Shown piece by piece: positions 33,801 to 48,800 of a stretch of 64,000 bases of DNA (positions within the stretch are counted from its first letter, which is position 1; each line of letters opens with the position of its first letter). Below the pieces are notes generated by a model that saw only the letters and a list, made by a program, of their open reading frames with translations, ran no database searches and was not told the DNA's origin. The translations under genes were made by a program, and so were the position numbers. The DNA lies in NCBI GenBank assembly GCA_964016885.1, contig OZ024740.1:153016001-153080000 (forward strand). The letters are read 5' to 3'. This DNA comes from Eledone cirrhosa (taxonomy: Eukaryota).

Positions 33801-36800
33801 ACGACTACAAGTGTTTTAAATCCAATTTCCTTGCTAAAGCAGGCCTCCATAACAAACTTAAAAATCATCATGAAGTCCTTTTTAAGGCAATGTTTTACAG
33901 TTAGATGCTTTGAAGACATGCAGGGATATGATGTACCAATTCTAAACACCCAAATATATTAATGTTAATTAATTTACTGACGTTCAGGAAGCGGGGTGCA
34001 AGGAGGATTTGAATTTAGAACATAATTATGAATTAAGTTCAGCAATCTGCAAACTAACTTGATGGGAATGTTAAAAGACTATGAATTGTTGGTAGAGAGT
34101 AATGAGACCAAAACATGCCCATAGTTTCCTCTCTCCAACCAGTCTAGGAGGCTGCGAAAAGGGTCATGGGCATGCACCCTCTCCTGACAACAAAAGAAAA
34201 AACAAATCATGAAAATGTTTACTTTCTTAGCAAAAAAGGGCAGTGAATTTTAAAATAGGTTTAGTAGTGTTGTATAGTGTAAAATGCTTATATTGATATC
34301 CACAGATGGCTGGCCAGTACATAGATATAAAAAAATACCATGGTTGGATAAAACAATATAAGTGTGGTTATGAATGTATCTCTTGCATAATCATGTTTTT
34401 GAATATTTTGGTTGCTCCAAATTAACACTAATTAATGAGTTCTACAATCAAAGATTGACTGGAGAAAATGCATGCTTGACAAAAGTAGTAGCTGTGATGT
34501 GTATTATGTATAAGACTAAGGATATACTGTCGACCAACTGCCAATATTTTAATTACAATTGTTTCTAACAAGCTGCAAATTGGAGAAAAGAGTTAGTTGA
34601 TTCTACCAGTCCACCATCATTATAATTTTAATTATAATGTAAGCAATTTTAACTCTTTTGATACCAATTTGATCAAACCAGCTCTGGTTCTTTGAAACAA
34701 AACCAATTTAAAGGGTTTCTATTTAAATTAAAGTCTTCTATCATAAATTTATGTAAGAACCATATGTTAAGCTACTATCTTAGTAATGAAATAATTAAAT
34801 CCCTCAAAATTCTTCATTAAGTGATGTAGAGTATATTTCATTAGAAATGCTGTCACAAAAGGGTTAATGAAATCATGATATATCAAATTAATAAACTGGA
34901 ATTGCCATACCTGGAGTTGGCCAAATCGATAATATGAAAGCTTATACATCAAGCAATTCAAAAGTGTTGAAGAGCCAGCTGCATCAACTCGAAACTCTCC
35001 TTGTGGTGTGAAATAATCCGATTCCTGAAACAAAAGTAATGTAATATTTTAACAAAAACTTATTACGTCCATTCTTCTACACTAGCAAGGGTTAGACAAG
35101 CTCTCCTGTTGTGGTCAATGCTAAGTCAGGTGACCACGTCTTGCTCATACAGAACTGATTCTGGCTTGGTTTCTACAGCTGGATGCCCTTCCTAATGCAG
35201 GCAGTTACCCTAAATATTAATTTTGGAGCAATTAACACTTCTTTTTATATCTGTTTTCCATTCCAGCATGGGTTGGATGGGTCAGTGGACACTATTGCTT
35301 TTTAGCAGAGTTTCTCTGGCTTGATACCCTCCTCACACCAACCTCTTGACAGGGTTCATGGCTCCAACACAAGAGAAGTTGCTATGTCCTCAGCAGTACT
35401 GAAGGGTCCTCTCAGCTCTACTATGAAAGTAAATATCTAAATGTTGACTAGGGAACAAATTATTTTGTTTGACTTTGAACAGTATTTTACTTTATGGTGC
35501 AAGCTGATTAAGTTAGTGACTAAAATGTTCCATAAAGATACTTCAGCATCACTTTGATATTCGCTTCAAATGTCTTGCTACGTACACCTCACTACAATAT
35601 CTACAATATCTAGTACAGCTTATCTCAATGCAGTTTAATAGAACATCATCTCATCTGTAAGGCCTGGTGTTCTTAGGTCTATTCTACATATTCTTTAGGA
35701 AATCTCAGTGATAACTTCATTATTGATAAACAACATTTGTTCTCACATCATGCAGCTATTTATGTTGGTTATATCTATTGCATACATCTGTTAAATATCT
35801 TTGAATCTCACTCAATTTATAAGACATCCAACAGATCATATGCAAATTTTTTATACTCTCAGATATTTAATGGCCATAAAACTGGAATACATTATAGACA
35901 ATGTCCAACCTGGGTAAGCAATGATTAACAGACGTAAAACAATTATCCTAACTCTAACTCACTTTCAGAGTTACTTCACTCCAGAGGACCACATCTGAAA
36001 TGAGATAGATATACTGTTCTGACCTGTCTACGAGAGTAGTAACTCTATGTTGTTTTAGAGGAGCATTTTCTATTGTTTTTAACTATGAAACACTATTTTA
36101 GTTGCTTTTAGAAGTATCAAATATCACACATATTGTAATTATTCAAAGAAAGCTATGACAAGATTATTAGTAAAAATGAAGTAAAGAAATACAAAACTTA
36201 CTCTAATATCTTTAGGGTGTTCTCCTTCGGCAATTCTCACCATCCATAAGAACTTATTAATGTCATCTCCAGAGTAACCTATGACACCACCAAAGATCAC
36301 AAGTACATAGTTGACATCTAATGACCGCATAATGTCATATGCTGCTGTCTCATTTGAGGACATAGCTTTACCAACCTATATATAGTAAGCAATAATAAAA
36401 CAAAATATTAATTTCAATACCAATTTGTTAGACACAAGTCAAATTTTTTTTACCCTTTCATTACCATATTGAAAGGATTTAGTAATATAACTTCCTCATT
36501 ATTGAGCTGGTGTTTGGAACATAACTTAAAGATTCTTACATAAAGTTGCAATAGAAATTTTTTTAGATAAATATTAACACTTTAAAATAAACACCTTTAT
36601 ATCATAGAACTAGTGGCAGCCTCAGGCAGTTTGGTATCAAAGGGAAAAGTCAATTGCTTTTTACCTGGTACTTATTTTATTGATCTCAGAGAGATGAAAA
36701 TCAAAGTTGACTGGAAAAATGGGAGTAGCAGAGACTGGTACCAGATAGCTAAGAAAGAAGCTAGACGACAGGTATACACAGCTCGGAGAGAGTGTGAAGA

Positions 36801-39800
36801 AAGTAAATTTGTCAAAGTCTTGAGACGTGAAGTGTTCTGTATTGCAAGGCAGTGCATTAATGTAAATAAGATGTTAGGGAAACATGTTAGAAACACGCTG
36901 GTGCACGTAGCACCACTGATGCCCAAAAGAAAGAGGCCTGGAAATGTTACTATGAGGGATTGATGAATGTAGCGAATGAATGAGAGGAAGTAAAACTACC
37001 TCTAACTTACCCAACAGAAGGATCAGCTATTGAAGTTGACAGTTTTAGGGTCAAAGACGCAATTAAGGAGATGGTAAAGTTGTGGGACTGTCAGAGATAG
37101 TTGCTGAGATGCTAAAAGCATCGGGAAAGGTAAGAGTCAAACTAGTAATAGGCAGGGTAAATCAAGTAATACAAGACTGAGTCATACCCAATGACTGACA
37201 CAGCAGTAACTATCATAAATTGTTACAAAGGTAAAGGTGGTGCTCTAGAAAGGAGTAACTATAGAAGAATAAAATTTATGGATCAAGTTATGAAAGTGAT
37301 AGAAAGAGTTAAAGTGCAGCTAATTAGGGAAAGAGTCAAAATAGATGAGATGCAGTTTGGTTTCATGCCTGGGGAAAGTACTACCGATGCCCTCTTCTTA
37401 GTGAAGCAACTACAAGAGAAGATCCTAGCCAAAAAACTAAGCAGCTATATTTAGCTTTTGTTGATTTAGAAAAGGCCTTTGACAGACTACTTCGTTCTAT
37501 TATCTGGTGGTCCCTAAGTAAATCAGATGTAGAAGAATGGATTGTGAGAGCAGTGCAAGCTATGTGCAAAGGAGCTATCAGTAAAGTAAGAGTAGGAAGT
37601 AAGTTTAGTGAGGAATTCAAAGTACAGGTAGGAGATCATCATAGTTTTCTGTGCCATAACAGAAGAGTTTAAAATAGGCTGCCCATGCAGACAATTTGCT
37701 CCTTATATGTGAAACCATAAAAGAACTAGAAAATAAGTTCAGATTATGGAAAAAGAATTTGGAATCAAAAGGTCTGAGAGTAAACTTAGCCAAAACTAAA
37801 GTGCTAATGAGTAAGAAAGAACACAGGACCCTGATTCCTTCAGAGAAGTGGCCCTGCTCAATATGTAGAAAAGGAATAGACATAAACTGTATATGATGTA
37901 CATATTGTAACTCTACAAGAGATATAGTGGGATAACAAGTAAACTAACAGGATTGGAAGATTTGTATGTAAAAGATGCACAGGAGTAATCAAGAAGAAAA
38001 GTGCCAGTGATATAAAGCTTTTCCAGTTACAGGAAAGGTCTATAGAAGTGGTTGATAGCTTCTGCTATCTAGGTGACTTAATTAGTAGCAGAGCAGGGAG
38101 CACCATGAGTATAATAGTCAGAATAAGGATAGGATGGAAGAAGTTTAGAGAGTTACTCCTGCTGTTGACAAAAAAAAGGACAACTGTAAGACGCCTGTGT
38201 TCATCATCACCGTTCTACGTCCTTTCTTCCACGCTAGCATGGGTTAGACGGGTTGTCCTGGTGTGGGCAGTGTCTGGTCGGATGACCTTGTCTTGCTCAT
38301 ACGGGAACTGATTCTGGCTTGATTTCTACAGCTGGATGCCCTTCCTAACACCAACCTCATTTACAGTGAGTGCTGGGTGCTTTTTTCTGTGGCACCTCTA
38401 CGACCACTTTGTAGTGGAATGATAGGGACCCCAGTCTTATCTCATTTCTACAGCTGAGTAAACTGGAGCAATGTGATATAAAGTGTCTTGCTTAAAGAAA
38501 CAACACATCACCCGGTCTGAGTATTGAACTCACAACCTTTTGATTGCAAGCCCAATGCTCTAACCACTAAGCCATGTGCCTTGCTGCATGGTAGTGAAAC
38601 CTGGGCTGGGACTGCTGAGGACATGCATAGACTGGAGCGAAATAAAGCAACCAAGCTTTGTTGGATGTGCAATGTAAGTATCAGAGAAAAGCAGAGCTTG
38701 GACGAGTTGAGGGAGAAGCTGGGTTTAAGAAGAATCCGAGGTGGTGTGCAGGAGAGAGTGACAATGACTGCTGGGTGAAGAAATATCAGGAAAACCCAGT
38801 GAAAAAAAGTTGCAGTAGAAGTAGATCAAGAAAGGCCTGGGCAGAGGTTGTGACGAAGGAATGCAATGAGTGGAGAGATGCCATGCTGAGAAGGACAGAT
38901 CCAACTCATGCAAGCGTGGAAAAATGGACATAAAAACGATGATGATGATGAATAAGGAATGTGTAATTTTTACTTTGTAGTGACTATAATGACAGCATAA
39001 TATTATTATTTGGTCCACTAGGGTGGTGTATTGGCAGAGTTGTTAGAGCGTCAGAGAACATTCTTTACAGCATGTAGCCATGGCCGTTTTAACTTCCGAG
39101 TTCAAATCCCGCTGAGGTTAGCTTTGCCTTTCAACCTTATAGTGTTGATAAAATAAAGTACCAGTAACACACTGGGGTCGATTTAATCCCTTCAAATTGC
39201 TGGCCTTGTGCCAAAAGTAGAAACCATTATTATTAGATCCATTAAACCGACGTCTTTAAGCCAAGGCTATACTGTTTTTTAAAAAGAGTATAACCAGAAA
39301 TTCTTGAAAAAAATGAAGCATGAATAATAATTTAAAAAAAACTTACCAATGCTATATGGCTGTTGTTCCAAGTGTTATTATCAACCAATGTAGTCCTATT
39401 TCCCATTCCAGCAATCTGATAACCATAATCCCACCAAGACATCACTCTTGCTTTATCATGTGTGTTTTGACGTAACCAATAATAAGCTTCACGGAAATCA
39501 TCTAAAATTGTGCGGCTCCTGGTAAAAAGAAAGCATGTTTACATCGCAGAGATGAGCATACAATAAATTCATATAACAGCAGTCATAATTAGGGTCATAT
39601 CCCTTTACTGTATATATTTGGTGCCTTGACAATATTCACCCAGTATACTCTGTAAAGTGGTAGAGCTGGTGCCATGATATAAAATGCACCCAGTGCACTA
39701 TGTAAACTAAATATGAAATGTATGCTCAAGTCTAGCCTTAGATCATGACAACCTGCTCAAACCATGCCAGCATGGAAAACAGACATAAAATGGTTTTGAT

Positions 39801-42800
39801 GATTTTTATTTATCTAAATGTTATATATGCATATCTGTACAAAAACAGTACAAGAGATAACTAAAACTGCATAAATCATCGTCAATATTACCATTTACAT
39901 TTATTTCCCATCAGAAATGGTTGTTACATTCTGAGATTAGACAGGTTAGATGACCACGTCTTACTTATACCTTCCATTTTGGCATTGTTTCTATGACTAT
40001 ATGCCCTTCCTAATACCAACCACTGACACCATAATGCACCAGAGTACTTGATACTTAGGGTAGTAGAGTGGGTAATAGGAAAAGAGTCAGAACCCCGATG
40101 GCTGAGCTCCAGCTGTTTCAACAGCTAGATCCGAACTGATCTAGCTGTCGAAACAGCCAGAGGTCAGCTGTTGGGGTCCTGACTATTTTCCTATATGGAT
40201 ATATATATATATAATCAACATCATCATCATCATCATCATCATCATATATATATATAACATATATTCATATATAACATATATACATATGTGTCTTTTTACA
40301 CATTTCTCCACAAACCATGAAAGAGTGAATGATCCAACTCCAGTTTCAAATCTAGTAGGAAAAAGCTTCAGGGATCCTGTATAGTATATTATTCTGGTCC
40401 GTAGAGAAATACATAAAATAGACAAATGTTTACATACCTTAGTGCATTTATTTAAACATTTATGCAGCTTTGGTTAAATATTGTACTGGTTCTGTAATTA
40501 TATTTATTTCTTCACATCTAAGCTCATTACATTAACTATGAGTGTTATTACAGCTAATATCCATTGATTTCACAAATATTCCATTGAATGTATAAGGTTA
40601 GTGTCTATAAATGATAAAGTACAAGTGAGTTGAGAGCAAAATTGGGCAAAAGAGAAATTAGATGAACAATGATCACTGGGTAAAGAAGTGCCAGGAATTC
40701 TAAGTAGAAAGAAGATGTGTTAGAAGTAGACCAATGAAAACTTGGGCAGAAGATGAAAATGGATCTGAAGATGCTAGACCTCACAAAGGAGATGACATAA
40801 AGAATACACAAGTGGAGAAATGCTGTGCAGGAAGAAGACTCATCCAACCCATGCAAGCATGGAAAACCAGATATAAAATGATGATGATATAGGTAATACA
40901 AAAATGGTATGCTTACCCATCATGGTTAAATGAAGCAAGTACAATACTAGGACTTGAGTATGCGCTGCTTGTCACCCAAGTGCAATGTACAGCAAAAAGC
41001 ATTAACATCATCACAACTGCAATGTTTATGATACTTTTGATATTAATACCAAGGCTTTCTTGCTCCTTGGGTTTGTCATCTTTTATCTTCTTAGCTTTAC
41101 CAACCTTAAACATTAAAAGAAAATGAAAATTAATGCAGAAATATAGTCAATTTTATTTACTGATTTAACAAGAATTCATGTCAACATAGGTTTTAATGTA
41201 ACTAACTGCAAAGTTGTATATAATTATATCAGTCATCAATTGCTCTATCAATAATATATACCTTATACTACACTTCACAAACTTTTACTGCATTTCAAAA
41301 AGCTACCTGGATTTTCAAAACCATAACTTCTTTCATCTGTTCAGCGTATATAGTTACCTCATCAAAATGTCTATGTATACAGCTTCAACAAGTGATACAT
41401 GTTTTTTATATTAAATGGAAGTTCACCATAATTATAAATAAATGATCAATACAAGTTATCAATGAGTATTTATTGAATGGCTAAGTCCACATATGAGACA
41501 TAACTCAGCAGAATAATTATCACAAGGTATTTTTGTTTGTTGGCCCAATCTATCAGCTATCCTCTTATCAACACACACATACACGTTATCTGTGTGCATG
41601 TGTTTTATATTTACATGGAGAAGAGAGAGTTTTAATTAAAAATGAAATGTCTAGTTAGAACTGTCTAGTTTCCAATGAGTAAATTTCTCAAAATGCAAAT
41701 ATTGAAGCTATAAATTAGTAGCCACAGTACAGATTGCAATGTTACCAACATAATTTACTGGCAATAAGCTCGATAGCAAGAGAGATATGTAAAACACTTT
41801 CTACATTCTAGGACATTATTTCAGTAATTATTAAAGGAGATTCATTACCTTATCATAGAGGCGGTCATTTCTATTTTCTTGAGACTCATCCTTCTGCTTG
41901 GTCTTTGGGCTGTCATCTTTGGAATAAACTTCAAATGTTTTGGAGAAGGCAATGGCAGCTAACACACACACTATTGGTGTCAAAGTCAACATCAGTCGCA
42001 CCATTACACCAGCAAAGTAACTTGCACTTATAGCATACAACACAACTGAAATATAAATCAAGAATAAATATTACATTAAACCATGAAGAAGAGATGGCAT
42101 TATTATTGATATTCCCTCGGTCCATACCAGCTCAGAGTCGAGTGTTCGCCACCGGCCAAGCGTTATGGCGCTGCCACGAAACAGACGCAGAGGAAAGCGC
42201 CAACGATCCCAAAACCGTGTTGCTCCACGGGCAGTGGATTGGCAGTATCGGTGGAGGTTCGGACGTCATGCTTTGCAGCATCGAGGTTAACTTTGCCTTT
42301 CATCCTTACGGGGTCGATAAAATAAAGCACCAGTAATGCACTGGGATAATTGCTTGCCTTGTGCCAAAAATAGAAACAATTATTACTAATAATATCTAAA
42401 ACTGTATATTTATTGCTTTGTGAAGGTGATAGCTTATTGGTTAAGGTGTTCAGCATGTTGTATCCTTGAGCAAAACAATCAGTTGGCAAAAAAAGTATCA
42501 CCTGTAATTCAAAGGGCTGGGCTGGCCTTACACATTTGTATCAAACAGAATTTCTCTAAGAACTATGTTAAAGGTGCAAGTGTCTGTAGAATGCTCAACC
42601 ACTAAATTTCATAAGCAGGCTGTACTGTAGAACTGGAATACCCGTCATTGAAATCAAGAGAGGTCATACATATACATTTATTACTTTACTAACTTCAAAA
42701 CTGAAATCTTAAATTTTTTGTAAACTATCAAAAATTCTAAAAATAAACAATTTAAACAAATGTTTTCTCCTTCTCATACACACATATATGTAGATGTGTG

Positions 42801-45800
42801 AACATGTCCTGACACCAGAACAGTCAAATACAATTTCAAATACTGTACAGCTTCTGGAGTATAGTGTCACTTTATCATCTTTCTGATGATTATCTTTATT
42901 TCAGGGTTGGACGCCATGCTTTCTAGCATAGTTACGTCCCTTTACAGTCTGAGTTCAAATCCTGCCGAGGTTAACTTTGCCTTTCATCCTTACGGGGTCG
43001 ATAAAATAAAGTACCAGTAATGTACTGGATAATTGCTGGCCTTGTGCCTAAAGTAGAAACAATTATCTTTATCTTGAGGTCGTAGGTGTGTGTCTGTATT
43101 TGAAAATCAATTTGCTTTCTCACTCACAGCAACAATGTTACCAAAAATAGGATTTTGTTGTGTGATGTGTGTGTGTATATATTCAAAATACAGACACACA
43201 TATGTATGCTGCACCATCACCACCAACACTTAACATCTATTTTCCATGCTTGCATGAATTAAACAGTGTGTGTGTATATACATATTTATATATATAAATA
43301 TATGTACAAGTTAAACAATGAAAAGAAAACACACGAGGTTCAGGGCTTAATTAATCAATTGTTTTATGATCAAATGAATGATGATAATATTGATATATTG
43401 ACTAATCGATAGCAGTTATGTAACTCCATAGTATAAGCCTTGACAAAATATGTCCATCTAACTGTTTAGGTTCAACCTATATATCTGACTTTTTTTTGAA
43501 TACTCAACAACATAAAAATAGATTTCAATAAAATATTCATATCCACACTACATTGAGCTCTACCTATATATATGAAAAGATTCAGGACCCTGATGGCTGA
43601 GCTCTGGCCATTTCGACAGCTAGATCCGAACGGTAGGTTATGGACCACCTGGTATTTTACCACACCCTATTTGATTATATATATATATATACACATGTAT
43701 ATACAAACACATGTACATTTAAATGTACAAACAAAAGAAAGAGTGCTCAATACACGTAGTAGAGTTTATTTCTTTTTATTTTGTTACCTGAAGAATTGTA
43801 CATGGTGAAAAACTGATTAACAATGAAATAAATCATAAACTTTGAACTACTAAGTATGTGTAAATAAAAAGTATCATTTTCAGACTTGCACTATTGAAAC
43901 CAATTTTAATAGTTTGTCTTGAACTTTTTAAAATTTGTTTGTAGGTGCTAAGTAGTTTAAATTTAACCCTTTTCTTACCATATTTCTAATGAAAGACACT
44001 GCTTATGATTTTCAGATAATTTTGAAAATAATCCAGAATTTGGAGGGATTGAGTAATATAACTAACTTTCTCATTATAAAGCTGGTGTTTGAAACAAACT
44101 ATGCTGGAAGATTTTAATTTGGATAGGAACCTTTAAAATGTCTAGCATTGTTTTATAGAATGAGATGCAGTTTTGGCTGGGTTGATATCAAAAGGGGTAA
44201 AACAGGTTTATATCACACTTTAGACAAGAAACTTACCAAAAACTCTTTCGTCATTGACATTGTGTATGCAGAACCACACTCCAGCAGGGAAAGCACAGAC
44301 CAAGATGTGCAGATCAAAGAAAAAAGAAACCCAAGTTGTAGGTTGATGTTCTGACACTGAGGCTATAATAGGTATGTGAATTTTAGCATAGCCAGTATCC
44401 CAAAGAGAATAGAATCTTCCGCTCCATGGTGCAATAAAACCTGAAAAAGAAACAATAATTAGAGAGAGATATCTAGGATAATATTACCAACCTTTGATAG
44501 TAATGATTAAATCAACAATAACAATTGTTTTAAGGCTATTTTCCCTGCTAAAACAGGGGGTAGCTTTGCATGATAGCTTCATACTCATCATGGGATTTCT
44601 TTTGAGGCAATGTTTTACAGTCAGATGCTCTTCCTGGTACCAACCCCTTCAGTTGCCTCTTAAGACACGCAGGGACATGGTGTAGCTATTCTAAACTGGA
44701 TACACACAATATATGGTAATAATTAAATCATGCTTTTCATTTTTAGCAAAGATTCAGATATGTAGAAAAACTTGTATAAAATATGTGATGTCATCTAAAA
44801 GTTTAGCAGATTAGTTAGAAAACATTGCCAACTTACCAGCCCAGGTGAGGCCAACAACAGTTACAAAAACTAAACCAGCTGCAACTACTATTGAAATGAT
44901 GAAGAAGTAGCGAAATTCTGATTTAGACAGCACAGATTGGATATACCTTAAGGCAGCATAAGCATTCAGTAGTGCAAATACACCTGAAATAAAATAAATT
45001 TGGTATAGTTTATATTGTGAGATATATGGTTATGATTATTTTGGGAAAGCTACTACAAGAGTGAAAAGTAGAGTAAAGTAAAGTAAGAAAAACAAACCAA
45101 AACTGTTTACACTTTTACTTCATATTTCATAATATTTTGAAGTTAAGACCTCTTTTTCAAAGAAAGGAAATAGAGTGTGGTGTTCCACACTCTTGGTATC
45201 ATTAGCTATAGGAGTTAGTTCACACTCCTGGAACTACCAAGCATCACTCAACACCAATATTACACATCTCTTTTCTTTAGAAAAAGAGGTTTTAAGTAAA
45301 AGTGTAAACTATTGTTTTGTTTAAGAGTATTTGTGATCTTTCCACAGCATAAGAACTCAACACTTATGTTTCAATAAAAATATACCAATCAATTAGCTTT
45401 CAAAAGATACCTAAAACCCCTTCAAAAAACAATTTGGTGAGATATTCATGCCCTTCCTCAGGAAGAATATTATTAACACATTTTTCTTCATTATTGTGAA
45501 TGAGTATAACAAACAAAAATTTGTAAAATATAAAAAAGTAAGGCATGGTTCTTAATATTGGGTTACAGACATCCATTACATCTCAATGTTAACAAGGTGT
45601 TATATCCATGAAGTACAACAATTTGTTTTATTGTATGTATAGCAAGCTAGCTTTCAGAAACTGAGGCATTTATCCTTTTAACCAAGATGATTTTAAAATA
45701 ACTTGCCATTGATTCGATGGTAGTTGTGGCATAAAATTCAATATGATATAACAGTGGTTGAGAAATAGGAAATAATGAGAAGGAAAATTATCCTGCTATC

Positions 45801-48800
45801 AGATGATTAAAAAGAGAAGAGACGGTAAACATTCATACCTGCTGCTGCCATGTGTTCACTGGTGCGAATAGGTTGAAATCCAACAAATGGAATTTGCATT
45901 GACAACAACAATCCAACAATATAGAATGTTGTGTAAGCTAGAAGTAATGAGAAAACACATTTAAATTATTTTCATACTAATATTTAACAGAGAATAAAAG
46001 TTATTTTAAAATGCTTCATTGATCATCATCATTGGCATCACACAGGGTCAAAAATTAAAATTTCTTTGAAATTATGTTTTCTAAGATGGCTGTAATAAGC
46101 CAATTTTCAACCTAATATAATACTGACAAGAACATAAGAAGTGAGATATGGCTGGGTCTAAGAGTCCTCTTGGCCTACTTCTTCCTAAAGATGTCTTCTT
46201 TTGAAAACCTCCTTATATTAAAAGAAATCAAGTCCAGCAAAACATTTTCTCTTCCAGAGCTGATGGTTTAGATAAATCAATGGTCCACAAGGAACAATCA
46301 ATATTAACGTTTTTGAATATAGAATCTGCCAACAAGACTAGACTTTTGAATTACAAATACAGTTCATTTGGCGGGCTTCCACACAGTTTCTGCTTACCCA
46401 GTTTCACTCACAAGGCATAGATTGACCCAAGGGTATGGTAAAAGACATTTCCACAAGATGTTATGCAGTGGGACTGAATGCAGAGCCTCATGATTGAAAG
46501 CTAACTTCTTAACTATTCAGCAATGCTTGTATCTCTCTCTATACAATATTGGTTGGTATTAGGAAGAGCATCCAGCTACAGAAAAATGTCAAAAATGGAA
46601 TGTCTGTGACAACCCATCTAATTCTAGTGGTTAGGGCATTGGCTTCATCATCAGAGTTGTGGGTTGGATTCTTGGACCAGGAGGCACATTGTATTCTTCA
46701 GCAAGATGTTTCATTTCACATTTCATGATAAATTGGGGCCCCTACCATTAAAATACTCAAGAAACATATCAGTTACAACTCCATAGGAGGCCAGATAAAC
46801 CTGCATAAGTGTGATCTATAAATTATATTTTCATTTTTCATTCAACCCATGCCAGCATATGGATGGTAGATGATGATATACATAAATAAATGAACTAAGT
46901 GAGAAATTAGGAATAAGAGGGATCAGATGCTGTTTACTCGAGAGAAGACTACGTTGGTATGGCCACGTGATGCGCATGAAAGACGACAGCTGTATAAAAA
47001 AGTGCAGGGCGATCAAAATTGATGGTAGTTACGGAGTAGGTAGACCCAGAAAAACCTGGGACGATCTGATAAATTCTGACTTTACACACTTGCACCTCTC
47101 TAAGACAATGTCACTGGACCGAGATCTTTGGCGCTACGCAGTAATACAGAAGACCCGCCTTGCCTATGTACAAAGCGAAACCTACAGTCAGTAGGCACCT
47201 CTTAACCAAATATACACCCCAATCCACTACCCCTACCCTATCCTCCCACCAACACCACCCCCTCTCTATAAAGTTGGTACCACAACATCCAGTCCAAATA
47301 AATGAGATAAATGAGATCGAGATCGTGTAGGTGTCACGAGAAAAAACACAGTCCACGCTGTAATGTGGCCGTGTAGATAACACGGTAAAAAGTTCCCAGT
47401 TCCACACTGTAAATGTGGTTGGTGTTAGGAAGGGCATCCAGCCGTAGAAAACCTGCCAGATAGTCCTATATGAGCAAGACATGGTCACCCGACCAACCTT
47501 GCTTCAAGTGAGACAACTCCTGTCTAACCCATGCTAGCGTGGAAAGTGGACGTTAAACGAGGATGATGATGATATAGGTGGTCGTTTTGGTGCCACAATA
47601 AAAAGCACCTTTTCCAGACTGTAATGGTAGAGCATTAGGAAGAGCATCTAATCATAGAAACCAAGAAAAAAAAAAAATCCTTATGAGCAAAATATGGTCA
47701 CCTGACATAGCTCATCTCATAACGTAACAACCCATCTAACCCATGCAAGCAAGGAAAATAGACACTAAATGCTGATGATGATGATTATGATGATAATAGT
47801 TCTGCTTGAGTATTGACTTGGTCTGTGAAAATTCATCCAACCCTTGCTAGCAGAAAGAGATGTTAAATGATGATGATGGTGTATATGAATATAAAACAAT
47901 TGGAGTGTTACATTCCTACTTATAGGCAGTCAACAGGAAAAAAAAAAATCTCTGAGCTGTCTCAAGTTTTGCAACAATTAACTGATTCTATCTGAATATA
48001 AATCTTAATGCTTCATATATATTAATGTTTAGATTGAACTATCATTAAGAGTAAAAAAAAAGTTTCTACTTACCAATATAAATTCGCCTAGAATATCGTT
48101 TCATCAGCAATAACACAAAAACATGAAGAGGGATGAGGTTGATGATGAAAACATACCCACCCCAAGCTGATACCTGTAAAGAAATATTTTAGACAAATTT
48201 AATTTTTTAAAAATCTAAAATTACATTTCCACAGTTAAAAATTGGCAATAGCAATCTTTGGGTTGTTGAGTATGCTCAGTTAGTTTTGAATATACAACTA
48301 TATACCATGTTACTTGAATGTTAAATATTGTTGTATTTTGTGAATAATAGAGTTGTTAACTAAAATAGGCTTTCGATGAACAAATCAATGTTCCCAGCAT
48401 TGAGCAAGAGTAGCAATGGAGTGACTCTGCAACGTAGGTGGAACACATATTGTAGGTATTTTTTTTAAAGGTACCAGTTAATTGGTTTTCTTGCATTGTC
48501 TACCCAGTTCTAAAATTCCACACATAAGGCATTGGTCAACCCAATGCTATGGTAAAAGACATGTGCCCAAAATGCAATGAAATAGAATCTAGATCCTCAT
48601 GGTTGTAAAGAAATCTTAACCTAAATTCATGCTTATGCCTTTCGGTGGCTATGAATTAGACAATAAAAGTTTATTGGTTTTTTTTTTTAAAGATTATTAT
48701 AGATGAATTTGATATTTCAACTTTAAGTATCTACTTTATTTGATTAAATTAAATACTAACAATGTATTTATAAAAAATATTATTAATAGACTTTAAATAA

